Shown here one piece after another: positions 40,748 through 54,273 of a stretch of DNA of 64,000 nucleotides. A program made the translations under genes and the position numbers. Source of the DNA: the human T2T-CHM13v2.0 reference genome, Homo sapiens; the NCBI RefSeq assembly GCF_009914755.1, contig NC_060948.1. The stretch is one strand, 5' to 3'. Under the pieces are notes generated by a model. That model was given only the letters and a program-made list of their open reading frames with translations. It did no database searches and had not been told where the DNA came from. The first letter of the stretch is position 1. Each line of letters opens with the position of its first letter.

Positions 40748-42387
40748 CTCAAATCCAGATTGGAAGGTCACCAGAGTGATGGCTGGAGAATGTGAAACTA
40801 GCTGGACGACACCTGAGTACTCTTAGCCAATCCCCATGGTGAGTAAGAAGGGGAGCTCAGAATCATCAGGGTAACAATGGGACAAGTGTGGGTTCTGGTT
40901 CATTTCACCTTGGAACTTTTCACACTGCTGATGAGGAGGAAGGAGAGTATAGCGAAGTAAAAGAAGAGGTTACAGAGCATGTTTATTTGCCAGCTAAAGC
41001 TAAAGCGGCAAAGGAAGGAGAGGTTCATCCCTACCCTTCTGCATTCCCTCATTATTATTTTGAAGAAAAAGACCCTCCAGATCTTTCTTTTCTGGAGGAC
41101 ACTGGGCTAAAAGTAGTTGCCCCAGTGACTTTGAGCAGCGCCTTGAGTGACCACCCTTAGTTCTATTCAGGCAGGAATTCAGCAAGCCAGACAAGAGGGT
41201 GATTTAGAGGCTTGACAGTTCCCTGTTAGAATACACTCCCCAGATCAAGAGGGAAATATAATAGTTACATTTGAGGCTTTTCCTTTTAAATTATTCAAAT
41301 AATTTAAACAAGCTATAAATCAGTATGGACAAGGTTCTCCTTTTGTAATGGGACTGTTAAAGAATGTTGCTGTTTCCAGTCAGATGATTCCTACTCACTG
41401 AGATGCTCTTACTCAAGCTTGTCGAACTCCTGCTTAGTTCTTACCATTTAAAACTTGGTGGGCAGATGAAGCTTCCATTCAGGCTGCTAGCAATGCCCAT
41501 GCCCAACCTCAAATTAATATAATTGCAGACCAACTTTGGGGGTTGGTGGCTGGGCTGGTTCAGATTCACAACTAGTCATGCAGGATGATGCCATAGAACA
41601 GCTTAGAGGAGGGTGCATTAGAGCTTGGGAGAAAATAACTTCAAGTGGAGAACAATATCCTTCCTTTAGTCTCTTAAAAAGATGACTGCAGATTTGGCTG
41701 CTTAGGATATAGTGTTGCAGTTACTAGTTTTGACAATGGTAATCCGGATTGCCAGGCTGCTCTGTGACCTATCAGAGGGAAAGCACATTTAGTTGACTAT
41801 ATCAAGGCCTGTGATGGTATCGGAGGTAATCTGCATAAAGCTACTGTGTTGGTACAGGCAGTGGCAGGACTGAGAGTGGATAAAGGAAATACTCCATTTC
41901 CTGGAGCTTCTTTTAACTGTGGAAAGCATGGTCATACTAAAAAATAATGTAGAAAAAAATCAGCGAGTCAGGACACCAGATAGGAGAAAAAAGAAAACTG
42001 CTGAGGCTGAAATATGTCCAAAATGTAAAAAAGGAAAACATTGGACTAATCAGTGTCACTCTAAGTTTGATAAAGAAGGGAACCCAATTTTGGGAAATGC
42101 CATGAGATGCCCATCCCGGGCCCATTGTCAACCAGCACATTTTCAACTCTGGCCATTCCCTCACCACTGTACAGTGTCTGTCCCCCACCACAGCTGGTAG
42201 TGCCACTGTAGATTTATGCTGCACAAAAGCTGTGAGCCTTCTGCCTGGGGAACCCCTGCAAAAGATCGCAACAGGAGTCTGTGGACACTTGCCAGCAGGG
42301 ACAATACGATTACTTCTAGGCAGGTCTACTTTAAGTTTAAAAGGGGTACAAATACATACAGGAGTCATTGATTCAGATTATAATGGG

Positions 42388-43499
42388 CATTGCAGGAAGT
42401 TAGCGACCCCGAACAGAGGAACCCACAGAAGCCATGGCAGAACACACATTATGAAGATTTCATGGACATTTATTCATTCCCCAAGTTAATACTTCTATAA
42501 TTTCTTGCAACTGTCTTCACTGCAGTCTTTTAACATAAACTGTGAAGATTTCATGGACACTTATTATTTCGCCAGTCAATACCCTTGTGATTTCCTATGC
42601 CTGGCTTCACTTTATTCTCTTAATTCTGTCATCTTCCTAAGCTGAGGAGGATGTATGTCGCCTCAGGACCCTGTGATGATTGTGTTAACTGCACACATTA
42701 TTTGTATAGCATGTATATTTGAACCATATGAAATCTGGGCACCTTAAAAAAGAACAGGATAACAGCAATGTTCAGGGAACAAGAGAGATAACCTTAAAAT
42801 CTGACTGCTGGTGAGCTTGCAGAACAGAGCCATATTTCTATTCTTTCAAAAGCAAATGGGAGAAATATAACTGAATTCTTTTTCTCAGCAAGGAACATCC
42901 CTGAGAAAGAGAATGCATCCCTGAGGGTAGGCCTCTAAAATGGCCACTTTGGGGGTGTGGCCATCTTTTATGGTAGAAGCTGTAGGGATTAAATGAGGCC
43001 CAGTCTCCCATAGCACTCCCAGGCTTATTAGAATGAGAAAATTTCTGCCTAATAAATTTTTGGTCAGACTGGTTGTCTGCTCTCAAACCCTGTCTCCTGG
43101 TAAGATGTTATCAATGACAACGCATGCCTTAAACTTCATTAGTAATTTTAATTTTGCCCCAGTCCTGTGGTCCTGTGATCTCACCCTGCCTCCATTTGCC
43201 TTGTGATATCTTATTACGTTGTGAAGCATGTGATCTCTGTGACCCACACCCTATTCATACACTCCCTCCCCTTTTGAAAATCACTAATAAAAACTTGCTG
43301 GTTTTATGGCTCAGGGGGCATTACAGAACCTGCCAACATGTGATGATGTCTTCCCTGTCACCCAGCCTTAAAATTTCTCTTTTTTATACTTTGTCCCTTT
43401 ATTTCTCAGACTGGCTGACACTTAGGGAAAACAGAAAAAAATCTATGTGAAATATTGGGGGTGAATTTTGCCTGATATCTGGCTGAATTTCCCCTGATA
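42388..43499 (+). mobile_element. MER11 (HML-8) solo LTR inserted in the HML-3 dUTPase region
   Basis: Starts ttgcaggaagttagcgacccc...gaagatttcatggacatttatt; 6-bp TSD AATGGG at 42382-42387 and 43500-43505; the DSDYNG|EI sequence resumes after it. Confidence 0.93.
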
Positions 43500-46400
43500 A
43501 ATGGGGAAATTAAATTATCATGTCTACTTCTGTTCCCTGGAAAGCAGAGCCAGGAGAGCACATAGCACAGCTCCTGATTGTGCCATATGTGAGAATGGGA
43601 AAATCTGAAATTAAATGAACAGAAGGATTTGGAAGCACAAATAAACAAGGCAAAGCAGCTTATTGGGTAAATCAAATTGCTGATAAACATCCTGCCTGTG
43701 AAATAACTACTAAGGGAAAGAAATTTAAAGGTTTGGTAGATACAGTAGTGGACATTTCAGTCATTTCTCTACAGCACTGGCTGTCTGGATTGCCAATTCA
43801 ACCAGCTCAATTTAACATAGTTGGAGTTGGTAAAGCCCCTGAAGTATATCAAAGTAGCTCTATTTTACAGTGTGAAGGGCCCAATGGACAACCTGGGACT
43901 GTTCAACCAATTATAACTTCTGTACCTATAAATTTATGGGGAAGATGTTTATTACAACAATGAGGACCACAATTTCTAATTTCAGAATAATTATATAGCC
44001 CTGAAAGTCAACATGCAATGCATGAAATGGGGTATGCCCCTGGTGGCTGCTAAGTAAAGAGAAACTGGAGGCTTTAGAGAAATTAGTTACTGAACAATTA
44101 GAAAATGGGCACATGACTTGAAAATTTTTCCATTGGAATTCTCCAGTTTTCATAATTAAGAAAAAACAGGTAAATGGAGAATGTTAACTGACGTAAGAGC
44201 CATCAACTCAGTTATACAACCTATGGGAACATTACAGCCAGGATTGCCTTCTACTGCTATAATTCCAAAAAATTGGCATTTAATAGTCTAGATTTGAAAG
44301 ACTGTTTCTTTACTATCCCTTTAGCTGAGCAAGACTGTGAATGGTTTGCATTTACAATTCATGTAGTAAACAACCCGCAGCCTGCTAAGTGTTTTCATTG
44401 TTTTATAGATGGGTCTAGTATGGTAAACCTTCTTATTCTAGCTCAAAAAGCAAAGTTTTCCAGATGTCCTATACTTCAGATCAAAAGCAGAGCTTGTAGC
44501 TGTAATTGAGGTATTTACTGCTTTTGAAATACCTATTAATGTGATTTCTTATTCTTCATGCATGGTTCATTCCACACAGTTAATTGAAAATGCTCAGTTA
44601 TGATTTCATACAGATAAACAACTGATGACTTCATTTACCCAATTGCAAACAGCAGTTAGAAGTAGAATACAATACACCCTTTTTACCTCACTCACATTAG
44701 GGCTCATATACCTCTTACAGGACCTTTAACTGAAGGGAATCAAAAGGCTAACCACCTAGTTGCTAATGCAATATCTAATGCTAGACACTTTCACAATTTT
44801 ACCCATTTTAATGCCTCCAGTCTCAAATGCTAGACACTTTCACAGTTTAACCCATGTTAATGTCTCTGGTCTCAAACACAGATACAGTATTACCTGGAAA
44901 TAAGCTAAAACTATTATCCAGCAATGCCCAACTTGCCAATTGGTACATTCCTCATCTTTTACAGGAGTTAATCCTTGAGGATTGGAAGCTAACTGTCTTT
45001 GGCAAATGGATGTCACACATACACCCTCGTTTGGGAGACTAGCTTATGTACATGTATGTGCGTACACATTTTCTCACTTTTTCTGGGCTATGTGCAAATC
45101 AGAAAAGTCTTCTGCCTGTGTTAAACATCACCTTTTGCAGTGTTTTGCAGTGATGGGCATTCCAGCTTCTAGGAAAACAGATAATGTCCCAGGCTATACT
45201 ATCCAAACTCTAGCTACATTTTTCTCTATGTGGAATATTAAACACATTACTGGTATCCCATATAATTCTCAAGGACAAGCCATAGTGGGAAGAATAAATC
45301 TTTCCCTAAAACAGCGGTTGCAAAAGCAGAAAGAGGGAAATAGAGAATACAGAACCCCACAGATGCAACCGAATCTAGCATTATTAACTTTAAAATTTTT
45401 GAACCTGCCCAAAGGCCAGATGTTATCAGCAGCTGAACAGCATCTACAGTAACCAGCTGCAAAGACAGAAGGAGAACAATTGATTTGGTGGAGAGATACA
45501 AAAACAAGAAGTTGGGAAATAGGTAAAATAATAACTTGCGGTAGAGGTTATGCTTGTGTTTCTCCAGGCCAAAATCAACAGCCAATTTGGACACCATCAA
45601 GACACCTGAAACCCTATCATGAGCCAGATTCTGGGAGGACCCTGAGGACCCCTCAGTTGCAGCCATGTTGAGGCTGATGCTGAGGAGGACTCCAACTGTC
45701 ATGAGAAACACCCATTGAACACAGCCACCTACCTGGGGACAGATCAAGAAGCTGTCACTGATGGCAGAAGAAAACCTGAGGAAAGTGGGACAACCAGTCA
45801 CAACAAGTAATTTAATGGTAGCTATGATAGCAGTTATCACCACTGCCATGAGTATTCCTTCAACAAGGGTTGAGACAGAGAGCAATTATACTTATTGGGC
45901 ATATTTATCAATCCTGGCTGGTACTTATGCCTGGATATAATCAATCTATGACACAGTAGCTCATGCTTTCTGATCTCAGTATTTACCATAATAAACCCGC
46001 TCCTATAATTGAGGCATACCGCCTTCAAAAACCTATTTGTAAACAAAACAGAACGTGGCCAAAAATAATGAACCTACTTGTTTATGAAGATTGCTTTGCA
46101 GAAGAGGCAGAGTGCTGCACAATGATTCCTATGGCATCATGATTGATTGGTCCCCTAAGAGGAGGTTTAGCTTGAATTACACCTCTCAGTCTGTGTGCCA
46201 TGGCCACACTATGTTCAGCTTGTCTGAACAAAATGGTCAGATGATAGAAATGATAAGAGGTACTGCAAGAATTCCTGTTATCTGGAACCATGGCAGTATA
46301 GTGGCACATCTACCTCAAATGATATGGCCCATCATAGAAACTAAACATAAGGATTTATGGAAACTATTAATAGCTCTTAATAAGATCAAGATTTGGGAAA

Positions 46401-46734
46401 GAATAAAAATAGTATCCAAAAGGACGCTGTACAAACTTATTTTTGGATATTGCAAAATTAAGAGTACAAATATTTAAAGCATCCCAGGCACACCTGACCT
46501 TAATGCCAGGAACTGGAGTGCTTAAAGGAGCTGCAGACAGATTCACAGCTAGTAACCCATTAAAATGGATAAAAACACTGGGAAGCTCTGTGATTTTAAT
46601 GATGGTTGTGCTTTTAATCTATGTTGTTTTTCTTTGTATAGTCTGCAGATGTGGACCCTGACTCCTTCAAGAATTAGCTCACCATGACAAAGCTGCCTTT
46701 GCTCTTATCAATTTGAAAATCAAAGAAGGGGGCA

Positions 46735-47250
46735 TGTTGGGAACAAGCGCCCCCCCCAAATCTGGCCATAAACTGGCCCCAAAACTGGCCATAAACAAAA
46801 TCTCTGCAGCACTGTGACATGTGCATGATGGCCATAAAGCCCGTGCTGGAAGGTTGTAGATTTATGGGAATGAGGGCAAGGAATACCTGGCCTGCTGAGG
46901 GCAGAAAACCACTTGAAGTCATTCTTAAGCCACAAACAATAACATGAGTGATCTGTGCCTTAAGGATATGCTCCTGCTGCTGTTAACTATCCCAATCTAT
47001 ACCTTTAATTCAGCCAATACCTTCATTTCCTATAAGGGATAGTTTTAGTTAATTTGATATCTATAGAAACAATGCTAATGACTGGCTTGCTGTTAATAAA
47101 TACGTGGGTAAATCTCTGTTTGAGGCTCTCAGCTGTGAATGCTGTAAGACCTTTGATTTCCTACTTCACACCTCTAGATTTCTGTGTGTGTGTCTTTATT
47201 TCCTGTAGTGCCACCGGCTTAGGGTCTCCCCAGCTAAGCTGGTCTTGGCA
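46735..47250 (+). mobile_element. 3' LTR (MER9)
   Basis: tgttgggaac...ttggca; preceded by polypurine tract aaagaagggggca; aataaa at ~47095. Confidence 0.93.
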
Positions 47251-47965
47251 CACAATATACAAGTAAGAAAATATGCTTAATATTCCCTAGGTTATATTTC
47301 GGTAAAGATATTTTGGTAAAATGTTATTTGTTTTGGAAGCTGTATGGAATTCCTGGAAATTTGTGAATGACCTATCTATTACATGTCCTAAGATAATATC
47401 TTGAGTCATAAGTCTAGTCATTATTTTAAATGTTGTTTGCCATAGAAGAAAACAAATTTTCTTGCTCATTGTAACATAATGAGTGTCATTAGATTTTTAA
47501 TCATGGCCATTTTGCACCTTTTCTAATTTGCAGGTAGTTATTATTTCAATATCATGCTTTTCCTTTTGCATCTGCATTGGCTAGAGGTCAGAATGTTTGT
47601 CTCCAACAAAGCACTGCCTCTGAGACCCATGGAAACAACTGTAATGGGTCCTCTGGGCACAAGCATCTGATGTCAAAGATTCAATAATTTTATGGTTATA
47701 CTATGGGACTGAGTAATGATATCCAGAACTCTAGTGGAGAAACTGATGGTCTCATGGAACTGCTAATACAAAATCAAATAAGACTGGAATCAATTACATG
47801 GTATTTAATGAGCTGATGAAGAATGATTATTTTACAGCTTTTGTTTTTGGTTTGGCAAATTGTTGGTTTTTTAATATTCTATTTTTCTGTGTTTAAGAAT
47901 CCCCATTTTTTCTCTTAGGCTAACTATTTAATAGATTACATTTTTGTAGACATAAGTGAAAGACT

Positions 47966-48621
47966 TACAAATCAAATATAAAATTTTAAGTTTCCCCTCA
48001 AACGTGCCCACCACAGGCATCTGAATGGACCCCTCCTTTTGGCCAAGGGCCTTTTAAAATTGGTTCAGGTCCTGAGAGGAAAGAAGGATAGACATGCTTC
48101 ATTATACACTCCACCTTTTTGAAATTTAGGGAAAGTTGACCATCATTAACATCAACACAGACCTTAAGTTTGACAAGAAATATTTACCACCTATTCTCTT
48201 TTAAGTCTGCCACATGGAGTCTTCCTCATCTTGATAAACTTTGTCTCTATGCTCCCTATTATTTACTGCAACCCAGTCATTCCTATCCATTGTTTCTATG
48301 TCTACAGAAAATAACTCTTTCAACAAACTGCCAATCAGAATGTATTTAAATATACCTATAACTTGAAAGCCCAGCCCCGCACCACCACTCACTTCAAGTT
48401 GTCCCACCTTTCTGGACCAAACAAATGTACATCTTACATGTATTTGATTGATATCTCGTGTCTCCCTAAAATGCAGAAAACTAGGCTGTTCCCAGTCCAT
48501 CTTGGGCACATGTTCTGAGGATCTTCTGAGAAGGGTTGTGTTATGGGCCATTGGTCACCCATATTTGGCTCAGAAAAAATCTCTTTAAATATTTTGCAGA
48601 GTTTGACTCCTTTCATGAACA
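47966..48621 (+). mobile_element. MER4-family ERV1 LTR
   Basis: ctgaatggacccctcc...cattaacatcaacacagaccttaagt...catatttggctcagaa...agagtttgactc. Confidence 0.85.
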
Positions 48622-48849
48622 CATGTATCTTTTTTCTCCCTGCTTAGTCCTCCAGAATTTTGGATCTCATAAAATGTTCTTATTTTCATGGCAATATATT
48701 TTAGGTATTCATGCATATTTGTATGAATATGTCAATGTATATTTAAAGAAAAATAATGAAAGTTTACACCATGACTTCTCAGTTATGCCCTCTGGGAGAG
48801 CAATTAAAAAGGGTAAGTGAAAACTTTGGCTTTTTTATTACATACTCAT

Positions 48850-49700
48850 GTAGGCATTCTGATTGAAGTGAGATGAAATCTCATTGTGGTTTTGATTTGC
48901 ATTTTCCTGATGGATTACTGATGCTGAGTGCTTTTTACTGTGTCCTCTGGGCAACTGTATGTCTTAGTTTCACAAATGAGCATTCATATCCTTAGTCCAT
49001 TTGTTTTCATGCTATTGAATTGTTGGAGTTCCTTATGTACTGTAAATATTCACCCATTAACAGATGTATAGTGATTCAATAATTTCACCCATCTTGTAGG
49101 ATGTCCCTTCCCTCTCTTCAGTTTCCTTTGGTGTACTGAAGCACCTTAGCTTGACATAACCCGATTTTATATTTTTGAAGGTGTTTACTGTGTTCCTGCA
49201 GTCACTTTGAGACCACCATTGCCCACACCGATGTCATAGAGCTTCTTCCTTGTGATTTCTTCTGGTATTTTTATGGTTTCTGGTCTGACATTCGAGTTCT
49301 GTGAGACATAATCTACTCTTAAAATCCTTTATGTGGATATTCAGGTTTTCCCCAACCTAGTTTATAGAAGATACCTGATTTTGCATTGTGCGTTCTTGCT
49401 TCTTTGGGATAAGGTCCTGAGCTGCAAATGCAGTGACTTGGTTCTGGGACCAGATTGTTTTTCATTAGCTCATGTCTCTGCTTGTCTGACAGTGCTGTTC
49501 TATTTTGGTGCATAAAACTTTGTAGCATATTGTGAAGTTAGGTAGTGTGAAGCCTCCAGCTTTGTGCTTTTTACTGGATTGCTCTGGGTCTTCAGGATCT
49601 TCTACCATTTCATAGCAAACTTAGGCTTCTCAGATTGTTTTTCTATGAAGAGTAGGTCATTGATACTTTTACAGGGGTTGTACAGAATCTGTAGACCACT
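48850..49700 (-). mobile_element. Old L1 ORF2 fragment
   Basis: tctcattgtggttttgatttgcattttcctgatg, gtggatattcaggttttccc, aggtagtgtgaagcctccagctttgt. Confidence 0.85.
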
Positions 49701-50407
49701 TAGGTAGTAGTGATGTCAATGCCATTTAGACAATGTCTGTTTTCGTGTGCACATGCTCAGGGCCGAGAGACACGCGGTGTCCTCACTAATACTTAGGTGG
49801 GTCCTAATGTCCAGCAGGATTGCCTTCCTGAACACACACAGAAGGTCCCCTTCCATTTTGCCATCTCTTCACATTTCCTCCCCTGTGAAACATGTGTCAT
49901 CCTCCAAATTCCTTGTGTGGTGACCTGTCTTTTCTGGCCATGGCAGAGGATGGGTGAATGAGGATGCTAGAGGGGAAACAGCATGTCAGGGGACCGTGGA
50001 GTCATTGACACAGAACTTGACAGGTCTGGGAGAGCTATTCTGGGAGGATGTAGACCTAGATGGGCCTCAGGTGGGCATTTGTGTGGAGGGTGAGAGCACC
50101 CTGGTTGAGTCCAAACTGAGCCTTAGATGGTAGCAGTCCTCAGGGCAGGGAAGTGAGATTACAAGGGATAATGAGGCAGCTATTCCTTGAGCCTGGCTTC
50201 TCACCCATTGACCTTAGTTACTTATGCCTCTTAAGCAGCTTAGGGTTCCCCAATCCTGAAATGTGGGTACTACAGTTCCCTGATGGGCCTTTCTCCCCCA
50301 GCCCATGCATGGTCTGAGTATGCTTACCGCAGTCCCTGAGCCTTGGCTTCGCTATGTGTCCTAGCTCCAGGACCCACAGGCCTCTCATCCCACAGGAGGC
50401 TGCTCCC

Positions 50408-51200
50408 CAGCCTCCTCTCTGTTCCCTCTCTGAGGGCCTAACTCCCTTGGGTAGCGCTGCATGAGATTGAGCCACAGGCCCTGGCTGATGATCTGGGGGA
50501 CTGGGCAAAGTGGTCATGACAGGTCAGGTTCTGGTTCAAAGCCAATTCCTCCGATGCCAAGTGGACCAGCAAGGTCCTTTCCCATGATGCCCCACCACCA
50601 CCCCACCTCAGCAACCCATCATACCCTGGGCAGTCACCATCAGCCAACCAGCTGAAGAAACTCAGTTAGGTGTGTCCTGCCTGAAACTGGGGCCTTCACC
50701 TGCATGATCCTAGAACCACTGGACACAGTGGAGCCAGTCACCCTCTATCCTGGAGTGAGAGAAGTTGGGAAGGCTCATGCCAAACCTAGCTTCCCACATA
50801 CCACCCCCTCTACCATGCGGGGAGGCACTCCTTATTGAGAATTCCAATGCAATACTCCTTAATGATCACTTCATTGTGGAAGTAAATGTTGTGATGAAAG
50901 GCATACTTCATCCTTCTGCCACTACTCAGGATGGCTGAGTTCCTCCACCTGCCTGTCCAAGAAGGAGAAAGAGGATGGTCAAGGGACAATTTCATCTAGG
51001 TCAGCTGAGGGGGCCTGCTGGCTGGGGCGAAGCATGCGATTTCCCTTCCCAGCTCTCCCATTGAGACATCCCTGAACCCCAGAAAGACCTCAACCTGACC
51101 AGGACTTGGAACCCTCCCCCAGAACCAGGCTCCCCATCCTCACTTGCAAATCCATCATGTAGCTTTGCAGGACTTCCTCATAGTTTCTGAGCTACTTGCT
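50408..51200 (-). pseudogene. TSPY: TSPY-like (NAP/SET family) unprocessed pseudogene fragment, exons ~2-5
   Basis: Ordered pseudo-exons with short introns: ~51200-51144 (EEVLQSYMMDLQ|gtgagg), 50948-~50836 (VEELSHP...FHHNIYFHNEVIIKEY), 50749-50607 (QWF...LSFFSWLAD...VAE|gtgggg), 50492-~50408 (IISQGLWLNLMQRY) vs TSPY MLSYMVSLE / VEEEKHP..FRSNPYFQNKVITKEY / LNFFNWFSD..IAE / ILCKDLWRNPLQYY. Family-level symbol only. Confidence 0.85.
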
Positions 51201-53176
51201 CTCACCAGAAATAATCACAACTTTTAAACTGTTCTTTATGTCAAATTAATTTTTTTATTTTTACTACCTCATGTTCTGCATGAGGTATGTGTTTTTAAAT
51301 TTATTTTCACCCTCTGTGATAAAGAGCTTACTAACATTCATACCATAATTATCTTTCAGTTTTAATTGTCTGTTCCTAAAGATTCACTGAAACTAAGAAT
51401 TCTATTTATGCTTGTATCTTTCAGCAACCATATGTCAGATAATGATGCCCATTACTGCAGAAATCATATATACAGTTCCAACGGTAGATGAAGAAGAAGA
51501 AGAAAGCAAGATTTAAAGTCTATATGTTCCTAGCACTGTATCAGAAACTTGGTAATCATAGTGAAATCAAAGAATGATCACAGTCAATTCCATCTCATAC
51601 CTAGACTGAAATATGAAATTTCAAAAGAAAAGAAAGTTAAGAATTTTGGGCTTATAAAAATTTTCCTAGATTGATAAAATTATTGGCAACTTTATCTCAC
51701 TAGAAAACATGAACAAAAATACATTTTTATATGTGTAAATATAAATATTTTCATTTCCATCAGTTATGACATGCAAGCAAGTAATAAAGTGAAAGTACAT
51801 TGCAATAATATATGGAACTTTCTCAGTCTCAAAATATTCCATTGACTATTAATTTTATGAAAACCATAAAGAACGCTTCATGAAACTACATTGTACAGTA
51901 CTTTTTAGTATTTTAGTTATATTTTGAATAATCAACATATTAAAAGGAATTCTTCAAAAGTATTTATTACCAATACCTTTATTCCATTTGAGTAATACTT
52001 TTGAAATTAAGTATTTTAAATAAAGCATTAAAAACAAATTTTATTGACAGATTTCAGCTTTTGAAGAAATCGTACTTCTGTATTTGTAGTAATGTGAAGT
52101 ATAACTTTCTCCTCACAATGAATCATTTATAACACCAGTGTTTTTTTTCTCTGATACAAACACTGTGATATCTTATAGCTTTACTGTATCCATATATTTC
52201 ATGCCTCCACAGAGTAGGCTTAAAACATAGAAAAATTGTACTTGTGACAAAATTCCTGGAAAGGGAATGGTAAAATGGGAGAAAATTTCTAACTTTCTGT
52301 TGGTCAATGGATTTGTATATCTTTAGATATAGACACACATTTGCACACTGCGAGTTTGCACATGTACATAAAAATTTATGTAATTTCATGTGTGAAATTT
52401 GATGAGGTTACCTTATCTGTACTCAATTCGATGGGAAGCAAACAAAGTCTCTGTCAATATTTCAATTAATCCAATAATGTTAACTGCTGATAGCTTCATT
52501 CTCCCTGATCCCTGTTGGCAACCTGAAACTTGATGCTCACTCGAATTCATTTCTCAGGGTACCATCCACAAGAGACAGTCACCTTGCTGTGGATTGTGAC
52601 CTCTGACTCCTCTTTCCTCCTATAGAAGTCCTACCTTTGCATATTTAATAAACTTTTTACATGGTTAAAAGGATAAAAGTTCAGTGAAATGTCAAGCCAT
52701 GCTGTGAAATATTCAATTGTTTCTATATCTCTAATTGACCTTTCATGTTATAGAGGACAAGAAAAAAAATTCAATATGTTTCTTAATATGCAGTCCAATG
52801 CACTCTTTCTTAATAATATTGCAAACCCATCCCTTCAAGGCACTGACATCTAAACATGGCTGGACATCTCAAAATCTCTTCTCATTAATAACCATTATGT
52901 TAAGCACTGTTGCCCAGAACTGGAATCTGACTGTGAAATCCCTAGGTAGAAATTGTTATAATGGCTCAAACTATGGGACTGACTATTTTTCACCTGAAAA
53001 TATCTGATAAGCATATACATATGCTATGTGCATGAACATATTGTACATTAACAATATATCATCACTGACAGTAAATAATAGGTGTCCCAAACTTATGGGC
53101 CAAACTGAGCTCAGGTGCTCCCACAAACCAAACTTTTACCTCCAGAGATTTTCTATGTCAAAAAATGGCTATTCCA

Positions 53177-53470
53177 GCCCAGACGTGGTGGCTCATGGCT
53201 GTAATTTCCACACTTTGGGAGGCCGAGGTGGGCTGGTCATTTGTGGTCAGGAGTTCAAGACTAGCCTGGGCAACATGGCAAACATGTCTCTATGAAAAAT
53301 GCAAAAATTAGCCAGGCCTGGTGGCACTTTCCTGTAGTCCCAGCTACTCAGGAGGCTGAGACAGGAGAACCGCCTGAACCTGGGAGACAGAAGTTGCAGT
53401 AAGCCCAGATCGCAACACTGCACTCCAGCCTGCATGACAGAGTGAGAACCTGTCTCATAAAATAAAATAA
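53177..53470 (+). mobile_element. Alu (AluS-like)
   Basis: Dimeric Alu with (ATAAA)n tail. Confidence 0.92.
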
Positions 53471-53502
53471 GGCAACAGAACTTAGGTAAAAATATTGGAG
53501 TC

Positions 53503-53820
53503 AGCTGGGCACAGTGGCTCATGCCTGTATTCCCAGCACATTGTGAGGCCTAGGTGGTCAGATCAACAGAGGTCAGGATTTTGAGACCAGCCTGGCCAAC
53601 ACGGTGAAACCCCATTTCTACTAAAAATATATAAAATTAGCTGGGCATGGTGATGCATGCCTGTAATCCAAGCTACTCAGGTGATTGAGGTAAGATTGTT
53701 GTTTGAACCCAGGAGGCTGAGGTTTCAGTAAGACAAGATTGTGCCACTTCACTGCAGCCTGTGCTACAGAGCGACAGTACCCTATGAGAAACAAAGGTGA
53801 AAAGAACAAAAAAAAAAATT
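53503..53820 (+). mobile_element. Alu (AluS-like), tandem to the previous one
   Basis: gctgggcacagtggctcatgcctgta...A-rich tail. Confidence 0.9.
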
Positions 53821-53923
53821 AGAAAAATAATACCCACTACTAAAATTTGCCACAGAAATGATAAAAACTTCACCAACTTCCACATTCTATATTGGAAGCT
53901 CAGGTTATTTGGACCAATCCTCC

Positions 53924-54273
53924 TGTATTAGTTCATTTTCACGCTGTTCATAAAGACATATCTGAAACTGGGAAGGAAATGAGGTTTAATTGGACTTACA
54001 GTTCCACGTGGCTAGGGAGACTTCAGAATCATGGCATAGGAATAAAGGCACTTCTTGCATGGCGGTGGCAAGAGGGAATGAGGAAAAAGCAAAAGCAGAA
54101 ACCCCTGCTAAACCCATCGATCTTGTGAGTCTTATTCACTATCACAAGAATAGCTTGAGAGACCAGCCCCTATGATTCAGTCACCTCTCCTTGGGTTCCA
54201 TCCTCAAAACATGAGAATACTGGGACATACAATTGAAGTTGTGATTTGAAGGGAGGCACATGAAACTATATCA
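53924..54273 (-). mobile_element. THE1 (MaLR) solo LTR
   Basis: tgtattagttcattttcacgctg...aaactatatca; 5-bp TSD CCTCC at 53919-53923 and 54274-54278. Confidence 0.92.

Larger units (their letters stand above)
40206..47250 (+). mobile_element. HERV-K(HML-3)/HERVK9 provirus with two MER9 LTRs, internally deleted
   Basis: Direct-repeat LTRs with MER9 start (gggaacaag...aaatctggccataaactggccccaaaactggcc); Lys-type PBS; gag zinc knuckle CPKCKKGKHWTNQC; dUTPase GVIDSDYNG; protease LVDT; [13 protein letters not shown]; integrase WQMDVTH...[12 protein letters not shown]; no clean TSD seen. Confidence 0.93.

Noticed and set aside
45247-45885. 212-aa minus-strand ORF
   Set aside because: Antisense to HML-3 pol/env, with no recognisable domain; probably a chance open frame
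51210-53170. AT-rich non-repeat DNA next to the TSPY-like relic, considered as RBMY or FAM197Y/TTTY sequence
   Set aside because: No coding motif or diagnostic sequence I can verify by eye; needs BLAST
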